A DNA stretch of 64,000 bases, taken from Antedon mediterranea (Eukaryota; Animalia; Echinodermata). This document shows, one piece after another, positions 11,501-26,500 of this stretch; within the stretch, counting starts at the first letter, position 1, and each line of letters opens with the position of its first letter. The DNA is taken from assembly GCF_964355755.1 (NCBI RefSeq), contig NC_092672.1, positions 31,688,437 through 31,752,436 on the forward strand. The letters are read 5' to 3'. The notes below the pieces were generated by a model. That model had not been told where the DNA came from, searched no databases, and saw only the letters and a program-made list of their open reading frames with translations. Made by a program: the position numbers and the translations under genes.

Positions 11501-14500
11501 TTTAACAATCAATTGATTTACAAATAACAACAACAAATAATTGTAGCTTGGTGGTTAACATGTTTGCCTTCTAATCCTAAGGTCTAGGGTTCAATCTTCA
11601 AACAGTGTCATGGTTAGTTAATAACCCAGTACCAATGTTGTAATTGAAACTTCCAAAGTCTCAAATGAGACTTGGGGAGTTTATATCAAGCATGATGATT
11701 AACAACATGATGCTGAGCTCCGGAGATCAAAGGGTTTATCTGTGGCTGTGACACAATCAGTTCCACGCTCCTTAACAAACACCACACACCACAGAAATAG
11801 TACAGTACGGTTGGTATTTGGTGCATCCAGACATAAGATCAAAGGACTGTTACGAATTCCTATCTTGGCAAGGCGAACTAAGTGTCCTGTTGGATTCCTT
11901 TAGTTTATCCATCAAATAATCGGCAAGTTACTTGCTGTTGGATGCATATGAAATAAAAATAAAACTAAATAATGAAATGGTTACCTTGTAAACAGAGGTC
12001 ACCAGTGAAACCAGGGGAACAGAGACACTCTCCATTGATAGGGTCACAGCGAGCACCGTTACCACAGCGACATCTCTTCTGGCATTCATGTCCATAATAG
12101 CCATCTGGACAAGCTATACAAAAAAAAGTAATAACATTTTTACTGAGTTGTCTTTCCTAAAATTAATATTACACATATATAAAGCTACATCTACACTATC
12201 AAACTATACGTGGCAACAAAATTTGATATGCCCATATATGGACACGATGACATATCATATCACTACCATGTTTGGGCACATCACACTTTTTTTTGTCAAA
12301 GTAGTTTGATAGTGTAGACAGAGCTAAGTGATTAATAGTTATCATTATTGTTTTTTTAAAAAAGAACAACACGTACGTTTGTCACAGATTTCTCCTCTCC
12401 ATCCAGCGGAGCACGTACATCCTCCTCCTACGTGATCACACATGCCGTTATTCAAGCACGAGCATTTGTTCTCGCAGAAACGACCATAAAATCCATTGTC
12501 GCAAACTGAGAAAAAAGACATTCATAAAATAACTTAGTAGAACTGTGTATGTTGATAAATTTATTTACAATGATAATAAAATGATTGTCTATTTGATAAC
12601 GTTAGAGAAGGCGGTCTCACCTTGTTGACACTGAGCTCCTTGCCATCCAGGTTCGCAGATACATTCCCCAGTAACAGGGTCACACTCAGCGCTGTTGTGA
12701 CATGCACACTTGGCCTCGCAACTAAAACCATAGTAACCGCCGGGACATGCTACAAAAAAATGAAATAATATCAGTAAGTTATTTTCAGAAATGGCAGATG
12801 AACATTGTGTAACATCAGAGAGAGAAAATCTAGTCTATGTAGACCCGTTTGAGGAACTTGCCAAAGAATATCACAGGCTCTTATACCCAGAAGTGGAATA
12901 CTCCAACATGGACCAATTTACAAGGTAAAAGAACCTTCCTCTACCGTTCTTTAAAACTCTGGAATAACCTCCCAATTGATTTACGCCAACATTATTAATG
13001 AATTAAAAATATTTAAGATCAATTTTAGTATTTAAAGTAAGTATTTTTTTTTAAAATATGTATATATTTTGCTTTAATTTTGTAGTTAAGTCACAAATCT
13101 GGACCTCATGGGAGACCAGTACTTATGTATTGAATGAGTTTTTTAGAATAAAGAAAGATATGAAAAATAGGGGAAAATGCAGGCCTACAATAAATTGGCA
13201 ATATAGTGGTACACATTAAACTAGGTTTTAAAACGTTTAGGCGTTGTTATAGTCTGTCTGACAACACTTACATTCGCCACATGTTGGTCCCTGCCATCCT
13301 GGCTGACAACGGCATTTTCCGGTTTCCTTATCGCAATCCGCATCATTCTTACATCGGCAACGGTGTCGACACATTGATCCGTACCAACCTTGCATACACT
13401 CTGAAATTGAAGTTTATCAGAACTCTAATTGACTAAAGGTTAACATCATATTGATGATATTAATGAAAATATTTTTATTATGATACTAAAGCTCTGTCTA
13501 CACTATCAAAATTTATGTGAAAAAACATGTGATGTGCCCATACAGTATATGGACACGATGATGTCATATCACTACCATATTTGGGCACACTACACATTTT
13601 TGTCAAACTAGTTCGATAGTGTAGACAAAGCTTAATGATTGTAAGGTGAACAGGATATGAATGACAATGATGGTACTGATAATGATGATGATGATGTTGT
13701 TGATTATAAAGTTACCACAGGTGAATGAGGACATCAATGACAGTGATGATGAATATTTTGATGATGATGATGATGATGCAAAAATGAGGTTGATTATGAA
13801 GATGAAAATAATTGTGAGGAGTATAAAGGCCTTTTAAAATGAATTAAAAAAAATACAGTGTATTGAAAATAATATTAAGAAATTCATCATCTTAATTATC
13901 TTCTCCTTTCATCTACTTTACCTTCAAGACATGTCTCCCCCTGGAATCCAAGTCTACACTGGCACTCTCCCGTCGCCTTGTCACACTTACGATCGTCAGA
14001 GCATGAGCAGTCGCTGCGGCAACCGACTCCCCACAGACCATCTGGGCATTCTGTTACAAAATAAACAACATTTATTACATAATAATTCGACAAAAAGACT
14101 ACGATAAAGCATCAAATTAAATTGAAATATATTTTTTAAGCATATAACCGTAGACATAGTGAGCATAAGTATTTTCTTGGAAACAAAATAATAGTTCCAT
14201 ACTGATCAATTTTTTCAAGATTAATTCTGTTAACAAAATGTCCACTAAATAGGGGTAGGCCACTGTTAAAACTAATATTTCTCTTTAGTATCTCAGAAAA
14301 GTGTCCCCTTAATAGGGACATGTCCCTTAAATAGAGGGTTGCATTGGATTTCCTGGCCACTAGTAGTAAGATATACATTGCAGATCAGTTTTATTGGTAC
14401 AGTAGAACACAGCATATTGTCCCCTTAATAGAGGTGTCCCCTTAATAGAGGTTTAACCTGAATAGTGGTGTCCTTAAGTCCTTAATAATACCTGAATAGT

Positions 14501-17500
14501 GGTGTCCCTAAGTCCTTAATAATACCTGAATAGTGGTGTCCTTAAGTCCTTAATAATACCTGAATAGTGGTGTCCCTAAGTCCTTAATAATAATAATACA
14601 GTATTAGTAATACGCTACCTTCCATACAGTCAGGTCCAGTTTTGCCAGCTTCACATGAACACTCTCCGTTGATTGAGTTGCACTCTCTCTCTCCGCAATG
14701 GCAGACATCTTCGCAGTTCTCGCCGTACCGTCCTGCGGGACACACTGGAAGAAAGGCAAAACAAGCATGGAGTCAGTTTAAAGATTTAGTTAAATAGTAT
14801 ATAAAGAATGTTTTTGAGTGCAATGGTACAAATATTTTTATGAGGTTATTTTCACATGACAGGAATCTATTTAGGTATATTATATAATATATATAAGTCC
14901 AGATATAAGCTGACCCTGGATAGTATGCCATTGGTTTAATGTGTTTCTAAATTACCATAGTGCCAATAAAGTGAATTAATGTTTGTGAATGCAATGGTAC
15001 AAATAATTTCATGAGTTAAAAGTGAAATTCTATTTTCACATGACAGGGAATCTATTTAGGTATTATATAATATACATCCAGATATCAGCTGGCCACCCTG
15101 GAGTAAGATAGTGTACAATTGATTAATGTGTTTTATCGAAATGACCATAGTGCCTACAGCTGATGGTCATTTAAGCTCTGTCTACACTATCAAACTAGTT
15201 TGAAAAAAAAAGGTGTGATGTGCCCAAATATGGTAGTTCTATGTCCAAATATGGTAGTGATATGACATCATCATGTCCATATTTTTGTAAAAATTGGTAG
15301 TGTAGACAGATGATGATAATAATTGATGAGAATAACGATATTTTTAATGAGAGAGTTTATTATGATGGCAGAACAATTCCAAAAAGACCATTTCTATTAG
15401 CAAAACAAATTAATTCAAATTAGGAATCATCTTTAAATTCCTAATAAAAAAATATTGCATAGAAATTTGTTTTCATTAGGGACCTAATCACGATGTATTA
15501 TAATATCAAGGTTGTAACTAAAACTCATAAATATTTATGAAATAAAATATGTAACAGAAAATATCCGGCCTTCTCAGGCAAAATGGAAAAGAGCTGATGT
15601 CTAAATCGGTCATGCAATTCGATGCAATACTTTTTAATCAATTGAATATTTGCCATATTTTCACTTTCATTATAATTTCAACCAATAATCATTTTAATCG
15701 AGAACAAAAAAATCAATATTTTTCATAAGATAGAAATATTACTGATTTTCAAATCATCTTTATGATGCTCGATCTATTTAACTGCTATAAAAAAATAAGT
15801 GGGGTCATTATTAATGTTGTTACAAAAAAGTATATTATTTTTTAACAATAATTTGGTAAAAATAGTATTTTTCTACGTAAATGATGGATTGTTCTTTCAA
15901 TTTATATATGTTTTCTTGAGAAAAACATTGAGTGAATGTAGAACAAAAAAGAAAAGAACTGCTGTCAAAATATAAGTGGGGTCATTATCATTGTTACAAA
16001 AATGTATATTATTTATAACAATAGAAATTTTAAACCCGGAGCTCCCCTTTAAGGCTTAATACAAGTATGCAAAATGTTATTAGTTTGACACTACAGGACT
16101 TACTATATAATATAATAATATTTTATCATTATTATTTCATAATTCAACAAATTCTTTGTTATAAACAGTGTCAGTAATGGTAAACAATATATCATCCAAT
16201 TATTAAAATTCTTTGATAAAATAGGCAAATCCATAATTCAAATCCAAAATAAAATTGATTTTTGATATATGAATAAAACATTCAGTGACTTTGACCTTAA
16301 CATGTATTCACACAGTGGATATGACTTAACATGTATTCACACAGTGATTTTGACCTTAACATGTATTCACACAGTGATTTTGACCTTAACATGTATTCAC
16401 ACAGTGATTTTGGCCTTAACATGTATTCACACAGTGGATTTGACCTTAACATTTCACACAGTGACTTTGGCCATAACATGTATTCACACAGTGACTTTGG
16501 CCTTAGCATGTATTCACATAGTGAATTCACCTTAACATGTATTCACACAGTGACTTGACCATAGCATGTATTCACCTAAAGCTCTGTCTACACTATCAAA
16601 CTTTATGTGACAAAGAAATGTGATGTGCACATATGGGACATGATGATGTCATATCACTACTATATTTGGAAAAATCACTTTTTAGTGTAGACAGAGCTTA
16701 AGGCAATAGGAAGTGGTCTCATATCAGAGGAGAGTCTAATTTGAAAGGTCTCTTATTTGATGAAAATTGTCATTAGGGCTAAAATTGATCATTTTTTTTA
16801 TTTTTTAAATGCGGATTTTGTGTTATAAAATAATTTAGTAATAATAATGTAGTCTTGCTAAAAAAGTACCACCGTGGGCACAAATATTAATTTTAAAAAT
16901 AGATGGAGCATGCATACGGTTTCAATTTAAAAAGTAATGATCTAAAAAAAGTATCAACCATGGATGTGTGTTTCACGGTTGAATGTTAATTCCTTCGTCA
17001 CATAATGCGCAAACCTTTGAGCGACTAACTTATGTTGACCCAGATAAAGTTCAAATTAACACTTACTAAATGAGAGAGTGATGCCACGCATTGTGATGTA
17101 TCACAGAAATTTATGATGAATTAACCCCTCACGCATATTTTTTTCACCTTATTTATCACGCATAGTTGTTAATGAGAAAATTGTATTATCTGTATACAAT
17201 AAATATCATGGATGTAATTGTGCTGGATGGGGTCTCCTACCCATCTTAAAGTTGATATAAGCTGGTTCCAACACTACAGCAGCAACACAAGGACGTAATG
17301 CAACGCAAGTGATTTGATCAATCACAAGCAATGGATTATTTGAACAGTCGCTTGTGATTGGTCAACTTGCTTATGTCCAAGGGTACGCGCATGCGCATAG
17401 CTGCGTGGAATGTTGTGAAAACATTGACATTGGATTTGACTTGCCTGCGCCACAACATGTTTGAAAGACCCTTGACAATTGCCTATAGAGAGATCCAATA

Positions 17501-20500
17501 TACATTGGTTAAAAAAAAGTATGGGATTGTTAGAGTTCTTACATGTTTCACAGTTTTCTCCCATGTAGCCTGGGGGGCACTGTCGACGACATTCACCCGT
17601 CTTCTTGTTGCAGAGTGTTGGGTCACTGCATCGGCACCGGCTTCGACATTCAACACCCCACCACCCATCTTCACATTCTGAAATAAAAACATACAACTCA
17701 TAATTCATAATTATTTTTGAAGTAGTATTTTTTTTTTATTTTGTAATTTTTTTACATTCTGTATTTTTGTTTTCTTTTTTGCAATTATAAAGTATTTTGA
17801 TATGAATAAAATATTCCAAAATATTGTTGGAATTCTATTAATTTATTTTGAAGTGATGTTTTTAGACAAAATAAGTTTTTAATACCCTTTCACACACAAC
17901 AAACAAAATGTTGGTGCTTACTTATGTGTGTACCTATAGTTTGCAAGCCAATGTGAAAGGGATGTAAGTCAAATATGCAATTTTAACATAAAACTTTATG
18001 TGACAAAAAAATGTTATGTTCCCATATATGGACATGATGATGTCATATCATTACCATGTTTGACCATATCACTACCATATTTGGGCACATCACACTTTTT
18101 TTGTCAAACTACTTTGATAGTGTAGACAGAGCTTAATTAATTTCATTAAGTCACTTGACATGTTTGTGTTATAAAAAAACTGTTTTACCTCGCTGGCACC
18201 TTTCTCCCACAAAACCCACTTTACATTTGCATAAACCGGTCTCATGATCGCAGCTCTTTGAGTTGATTGGATGACAGTCACACTTTCTACTACAACCAAG
18301 CCCGTACATGAACTTTGGACACTCTGTAAATGGATACAAACAAAATGTTACAAATTGCTTTCAACAATGAATATTAAACTGCATTACGCACGGGTGCATC
18401 TTGGGACAGGCTGTTTGCTGGTAACTTCAGTTGCATGGCGTCTACATACGCATGCTGAAGTCTACAGATAATACTAATTATATTCATCTATATGGTTGAA
18501 AGAATACCAAAATAGAATTGCGTACAAATATGAAAATAACTTACACTTCACAGTAACATGAAAAAATACATCTTTTTATGCAAAAAAAGTCACATATTTA
18601 TTAATTTTTTTAATTTTCAAAGACACACAAAAAAGCATCACAAAAAACTTAAATAATAACTATGATTATAAGCAAGAAGTAACAGCGTATATAAAAAAAT
18701 ATATAAACCAAAAATCACACAACATATCAAAAAACTGTTTAGAAAACAAATACATATCTATTTTTTTTTGTTAAATGAAAGTTGTTATTTTCAAGTATGG
18801 TGTGGTGCTATAAGAATCACAGTATTTATAGACATCATTTAATGTTACTGATTTGCATAATTTAATGTTTTATAATACTATTTGTCTGGTTGCGCTTAAT
18901 TAATGTTCTACTTGAGGCTGAATATGGCCCAATAAGCAATGAAATGTCAAATAATTCCACTTCTTGATAACAAACTATTGAGATTTCAGTGTTGTATTCA
19001 AATTAAATTAATGAGAAATAACATATTTTGGAAATAATCTGAGTTAACTATGTATCTGAGTTCACTATGTGTTTCCAGAATAGTGATAGCATAACAATAA
19101 AAACATTGTGACATTCTCAACTTTACTGACGAACTACAATTCGATTCTGTTTTGTTTTTGTCAGCTTACCATGGGGCGTAAACATACTTTAAAATTGTAG
19201 TAATCTAATAGACTACTATATCATTGGTATCTGGACTAAATTTCCAAAATGCTATTTTTATATTTTAGACAATATACCATAAATTTGGTGTCATTTATTA
19301 TTCAGAACCAGATAAATTTATTTAAACATATTTAAAAGAAGTTTAGTTAAAAAAACACACCCCCAAAAAATAATAAATTAAAAATAATTAAGAGGAAAAT
19401 GATTAATTGTTAATAATTTCGAAAATAATTTATAACACATCCAGAAGTGACAGACAAACAATAATTAATTAGCTTAAAATTTGGGCAAACAATGCACTGT
19501 TTGATAAAGCATATAGCTAATCCTAGTCGAACAATAACTTGCGAGTTCACCATTGATTTTATCACAGCATCACGAAGGGCTCAGTTCATTAATCATTAAA
19601 TATTTCTATGACTTGGCTATTTATAATTAAAATTTGCTATTTTGCTTACGTTCCACCAGAGTACAGAGTAGGTGTGATAAAATCCATTTTTTCCCTAATT
19701 TTTTTCCATAATATAATGCGGTATTAATATTATCATTCTATTTAAAGATGTATTGTGCCCCTGAACATTTTTTTATTTAATTTTTTTTTTAAATATGCCA
19801 TTTTAATGTAACATAATAGTTTCACTTTGACCAAAAATTGGATCGAAAAAAAAATTTACCTGAAAAAAATGTAATTTAAAGCAAAAAATAGACAAATTGG
19901 TTGCCAGCCAATGGGTTTTAGGTTGTATTTACTGTTTTGTCATTTTTTGTACTTTATAATAATAAGAAAATCATATATTGCGTAGGTTTCCATAAAAAAT
20001 GAGATTCTCATGGCGCATTGACAATGCAATGGATAAAATCGTGTAGCAAAAAAGTAAGTTTCAAGCAGATGATAAATATTTTCTCCAAATATATACAGAA
20101 CACAATCGTTTCTTCACAAAGATAAACACACAGCAAGTCTTTTAATCCATGTATGAAATAAATATTTTCTTAATGAATAATAAATAATTACTCTTATATA
20201 AATAATAAGTAATGTCTTTCTTGCATAGACAAGTAATAATATTAATACATATTAAATAAATGTGACCATTGTGCACGATTTGCTGCAGTTTCTCTCAGTT
20301 TATCAAAATCATTTGTAATAAGGCCACAGTTAGATAGGTCGTTAATTAAAGTTTTGAAAAGACAAATTTGTTGTTTCATCCTGAAAATAATTTAAAGCTG
20401 CTAAATGCAAAATTCAAAGTGCAGAATTAAGAAACTAAAATTAAAGAACTAACATTTTTAGTAGCAACGTCGTGAGGCGGTTTCCCGAATGATCGTAAAA

Positions 20501-23500
20501 TCAAAACGGTACTGGGTATGACCAACTAGCGTTATTGTCACCAACTAGTCATTCATTCATAGAAGTACTGATGTAGTAGCCTATCTGTACGGTGACCATA
20601 GGATGTGACCCGAGACATGACTAACTACGACTTTTAGTTGATAGAAGATTGAAAACATTTTGTTAAGAAGAGTTGTACTGTATGTGGATGTTTATTGAAA
20701 TTATGTCAATAATGTTTACACACTAGGCATATAAATAGTAATGTTTGTTAGTAAAAATAATTTTGAGTTAATAAGAATAAGATATAAGGAAGAAAAGCAA
20801 AGAGACTATGGAGCGGCTATTCCTGAATATACAATACTAAGTATCGTAGTTTTAAATTATAAATTTTAGGCGATCTTGTCAAAGGTCAAGCGCCTATAGC
20901 CTATAGGGACTAAACACATTTCTATGTTCAGTGATTAACAATTTATTTAAACATTTGGCAGAAAAAAGTACAGAATTTGATGTTGGTGATATTAAGTTCA
21001 TGTAAAATCAATCATTGTTAAAAGATGAATGAATGAATCATTCTGGTGATGTCTCAAAAGAGAAAGAAAGTTAAGCGAAAAAGCAAATGATTTTTAAAAA
21101 TGTCAATATGATTAAAGAAATTAGAAAATAGGTATAAAAACAGTGTTAATGTATAGAAGAAAATAATGTTACAGAAAACAATGTTGAAAAGTATAAAATG
21201 TTAGTTCAGGTATAATGATTTAAAAACAAACAAATAGAGATTGAAAATAATGTTCTTTTGTATGACACTATATACAATATTAATTATATTTATTGATTTC
21301 ATTATTATGTGCAATGTATTTTAATATTATAAGTGGGATGAAACCAAATAGGAACAAAAAATATTAATGTTAAAATTACATTTCATTCTGGATGACAACT
21401 CTCAGATAAATTTTACACATTGACAAAATTTGAAATATTGTATTTTTAACTAACTAACTTTTGGTATAATATAACTAAAATTATTATTAAATTATTACTT
21501 TATTTTCATAAATGTTTACATACGTTGTATGCTTAAAATTCATTAAAATATGAAGGAAAAAAACCCTAAATTATTTAAATTTATTACATTAATAATGTGT
21601 ATATTTACGAATTTATAATTTGTGATAAATTTAATTAATTAATTTAGATTGTATTAAATTTATAATTTGTGATACAGTAACCAGAATATGTAAATATAGC
21701 GTTACTTAAAAAATGCCAATATCAATAGTTAATGTATTTATTTCCATTTGCTCTCATTTAATTAGTTGACGGAACATGACAAGATCATTCATGTTATTTA
21801 AAATCTTGCTTTTCTGATTGTATCAAGCGTCTCTCTGTCACTACTATTTAAATTCAATATTGTTACTTTAGTCAATTCTCCATCTATTGAATATAGTAGT
21901 AACAACATATCGTAATGGTCTTTATTCCGGTTGCCTGCTCATACCAATAGCAAGAAGGTGATAATTACTGGAAGGAAATTTACTGTACTGTGAAATTTAA
22001 AATTGATTTTCATAACAAAGTGAGGAGACTGCTATAGCAGCAGTGACTAGTGACGGTCACGGATGAGAGAACGTGGGGCGGCCATCCACGCATTCCAACG
22101 CAGAAGAACAAGTGGGTTTGTGATGGAAGCAGCCGCAATACTACCTAGGCATAGAGTTAATCCAAATATTGATTGGTTTTATGAATGACTCGGTATGGTG
22201 TACTAAAGTATAGCTTTTGTCTGCAGTCTATAGGCGATGATACAACACTGCCTATATAGCATAGTTATTGATTGACGTTTACCTTGGGGTTTATTAAAGC
22301 TCCCTGACGGTTCATTTGGCCATTTGTCATCGTCGTTCACTGGGTGATTCTCACTACTGTTCTCCGAGACAGCTTTCATTAGAGGTATATCTATTTCTAT
22401 TGTGGATGTTTTATCTAATAAAACTACTGTATGCCACCTATCATGAACTATTGAACCGGATTTAATTAATTTTTGACATTACATGTTTCTATCTGCGGAT
22501 ACTTGTAACCGATGAGGATGTTAACTTTTCAATGAACTTCTATCTACGACATTAGTATTGACATAAATAATAATCTGTTTCCACGAACTTTGAAAGTGTA
22601 TCTTAACAACATATTTGACTTCAAAATCGGTAAGAAACTAAACCATTATATATTTAGCAATTTTGAAATAACTTAATCAAAATGTCTAGAATTTTGAAGC
22701 CGGTTCCCGAGCGCAAGGGGATCAACCCGTATCTAGAATGCGACTCGTGTAATACGCAGTACGAAATAGGTAAAAAGATGATCAAGACGTTACCATGTCG
22801 ACACACAGTATGTCGTCATTGTGTAGCTGCAGTGACAAACGATGGTAAACGTCCGTTTGTTTGTCCGCGATGTCGCCATACGAGTGAAAGCCATTTACGA
22901 CGGCCAAATTCGCAAGAATTATTACACCAAGCGTCGCTAGCTCGAGAAAAATCATTAAGTAACAGGTCGTTACAAAGACAATTATCTCAATCCTCAATTT
23001 CCCGGTTAGATAGTGTCCCACATAATGTTGATGTGAATCATATGATAGATCGTTATGAGGGTGAACGTAAAGATATTCTTGGTGAAGCACCAACATGCGA
23101 AAGTTGCGACAGAAGAGCGCATTCCACGGCTTGGTGTTCCAGCTGCGCTATATTTCTCTGTCGTTATTGTATATATGCTCACAAACATTTAAAATCGTTA
23201 TCTGGACATAAATTATATGCACTACGCGACAGCGCTAGTAATCACGGGAGGTCTGTTTACTGCGAGAAACATAATACGCAAAGCATGACTTTATTTTGTA
23301 AAGCGGTTGACTGTCAAATACCGTTATGTAACGTATGCGTGACTGAATCGCATTCTACTTCAAATCATGATATTGTAGAACTGAGTCATGTAGCAAAGGA
23401 ACACAGAAAGGAATTAGAGAAACTTGTAGATACGATGGTTGGCAAAGAGGAAAGTTTATTGAAATTTGTGCAGAATGCCCAGAAAATGCTCCACGAGTTT

Positions 23501-26500
23501 AATACGAATACAATGCGTGTTGAACGCGACATGAAAGAGTTTTTTGATAACTGTCACCGAGTGTTGTATGAACGGGAAAAGCATTTAAGTGAACAACTGT
23601 CAACTACGACCCACGACATGACATTACAGATTCGAACACAGAAAGAAAACGTTGAAAAAATCGTCAATAGAATTGATTCTACATATCAGATAACGCAGCA
23701 TGCCTTACAAGGAACAGATGATGTTGAGGTTGCACAAGTACGTAATCAAATGAAGATAACACTACGCAACATGCGTACAACATTAGATGAGCTGTCGTCG
23801 ATGAATGTCAACATTCAACCGCTAGCAAATAGTTACGTAAAGTTTAAGTGGGATCATAACACATCTTGGGAAAGTTATAAAGAAATAGTTCGTAAGCTTG
23901 GTGAACTGGATGCTAGTAACACGGCTCCATGTCTCACAAAGGTCACGCTGAACCCTGCATTTGCCGGTCAAGAGTGTCATCTTCTCGTTCAAACCGTTGA
24001 TTACAATATTCGGCCAAAACTAGCCGGTGGCGACAAAATAAGCGTCACTATCCTATCATCAGAAGGAAAATCACTTGTTACGACAATTATGGATAAGAAA
24101 AACGGCCTCTATGAAGTTTTATACGTACCTCCTGCCCCTGGAAATTACGAGCTGATGGTAAATGTTCTTGATCAAACTGTTGCAAGGAAAGATGTGCCTT
24201 TGACCATTCACGTTGGCGCCTTACGACACACAAAGTTCCCTGCTCTAGTTGGGGAACCGAGCAAAGTGCTGTTTGAAACTTTTAATAGTAAAGATAGTCT
24301 TCAGCATATTATTAGTAAAGCGCAAGTTACGACCGAACTTCACGACCCGCGTGGCAATCTTGTTCCAATCAACATGCATTATGATGATAACGGAAAGTTT
24401 GAAATAATGTTCACGCCATTGGTTATCGGGGATCATCATCTAACGCTTCTGATAATTGGAAATCCTATCAGGAACAATCCTTTAATAATAGCAGTTCATC
24501 AGAAAATAGGCACGCAAGGAGCACGCCCTGGGCAGTTCAACTGCTTAACATCACTTGCATTGAGTCCGAAACACCACCGAGATGTTTTTGTTGCTGACAC
24601 AATGTGGAACCAGCGTATACAACGTATTACGACAAAAGGAGTGTACAATGAATCTTATATGGTTCCTTATAAAGACTTCTCTTTGATCAATTTTGATGAT
24701 GCTGGAAATCTTTACATATTGTTTTTGAATCAGAAGAGACTTTTTACATACGGTCTTGGATCTGAGAGCACTTTACAACTTCGATACCATTCATCGTTGC
24801 CACAGCTTCAATTCCCGCATGGTATGGCTGTAAACTCTCTTGGACAGGTACTGATTAGTGACATTGGTGCCCACTGTATATTTGTCTTTCTTCAAACTGG
24901 TTCCATGGTGAAGCAAATTGGGAAAGAGGGAAAAAACCGTGGTGAATTTAAGTTCCCAACGGATATCTGCCTTAACCTCCAAGATCAAGTTTTTGTCTGT
25001 GATATGGACAACCGTCGCGTACAACATCTAGACAGTCAAGGAAGAAGTATGGCAATATTTGGATCTGAGACAAATCTCAAACAACCGACAGCAGTTGCAT
25101 TGTCAACTGAAGGATACCTCCTGGTCTTAGATCGATCAGATCTTAGCGTAGTTGTCTTCTTTCTGCACTCTGGAGGTGTTGTCAACAGGATCGACACCAA
25201 CAGTGTTGCATCTGCGGACAGACTCCTTGCGCTGCATGATGGTTACTTTCTAAAAACAGATAACACTAATCATTGTTTGCAGAAGTTTAAGTATGTGGAG
25301 GACATGGGTTGGCAGTCTGAAGATGAGACAGTCGGTCATCTGCGTGCTGGAACTCCTTACAGTATGCAGAACGGATATCCAAGCAGTCAATATGGCACAT
25401 ACAATGGAAGTCTGGAGGAACAGCACAGGAACCATACTTCTCATTACTCGCAACCAACGAACGAGAGGGCGATGAACGAGAGGGCGATGAACGGGCCATT
25501 GGCATCATCCCATTACTCATACAGACATGACAAATCAAGTAATTCCAGGTATGGTGATCCACGTCATTGACAACACCATACATGGCATTAATGAATCGTA
25601 AACTGAAATGTTGTATGTGGCTAGTTTTAAGACATAAACTTGTCCAAGGCTGGTCCACGATATGTTGTATAGTCTTGTTGCTATAATGTTCTATGATATA
25701 AACTTTCCCAAAACAATCCAGGGCTGCATGGCACACAATGTCCAAGGTTTTTAAAATTTCCTTTTTAAGAATTGGAAATGATAAAAGTTTGATATATTTT
25801 GGGGTTCTTTTCAGGTTGTCTAATAGATTCTAAGAGAGAGTTTGGATTTGATCATAGAATGCTGAGATATGCATAATGTAAGAATTCCTTGTACTTAATT
25901 AAAAAAATGTATTACTGCTTTATGGGATGAATTTGAAATAGCGCTTAAATTATAATTTATTAAATACTAATTTATTCTCATCATTATATAATAAAGTAAA
26001 TCTTAATTATAAAATGAAAATCAATATCAAAATTATACTGTAAAATCAAGATTGATATTACTATCGCACTTAATTAACTGATAGTTACTAATCTTCTCAT
26101 TGCAAGACCTTAATTAAGAGTCTACTGTCCGGAAACAGTATCAATAATTTCAAATGTCCCTGTCTCTTGAGAGAGTCGACGGCAAAATGTTCTTCGCTAG
26201 ATAGTATTGACCAATAGTTAGCGTGGTTTGTGTTCTCTTGCTTGTTAGTTTTTCGGTCTACTAGAAACATTCTCAATAATTGATCATTGGAGCAACAGAA
26301 GATGAATATTAAGTTAGACGTTTTCTATAAATGCAATCAAGTAATTGATTTGCCTGCGACACAAACAGAATGTTTTACAAAATTCTTCGCACTTTGTTTA
26401 CACTGATGCTAAACAAATTATGATCAACTATTATTGCATACACAGTAGAACCTTGCGTCTCCTAAATAGGAATTTAAGGCCCATTTACACTATAGGGTGT

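Noticed and set aside
11541-11610. tRNA gene (also at 35859, 7946 and 36900)
   Set aside because: A/B boxes present, but no complete cloverleaf, and shared SINE bodies follow
16269-16558. Three repeat-peptide ORFs ([30 protein letters not shown])
   Set aside because: Translations of a 30-bp intronic minisatellite that is open in several frames; no splice or codon evidence
17305-17375. miRNA-like hairpin
   Set aside because: Lies inside a decayed MITE related to 35134-35426; matches no miRNA I recognise
22782-25745. Minus-strand and alternate-frame ORFs over the TRIM gene; + strand ORFs over the LINE (47434-48237)
   Set aside because: Shadow ORFs of real coding sequence, with no motifs
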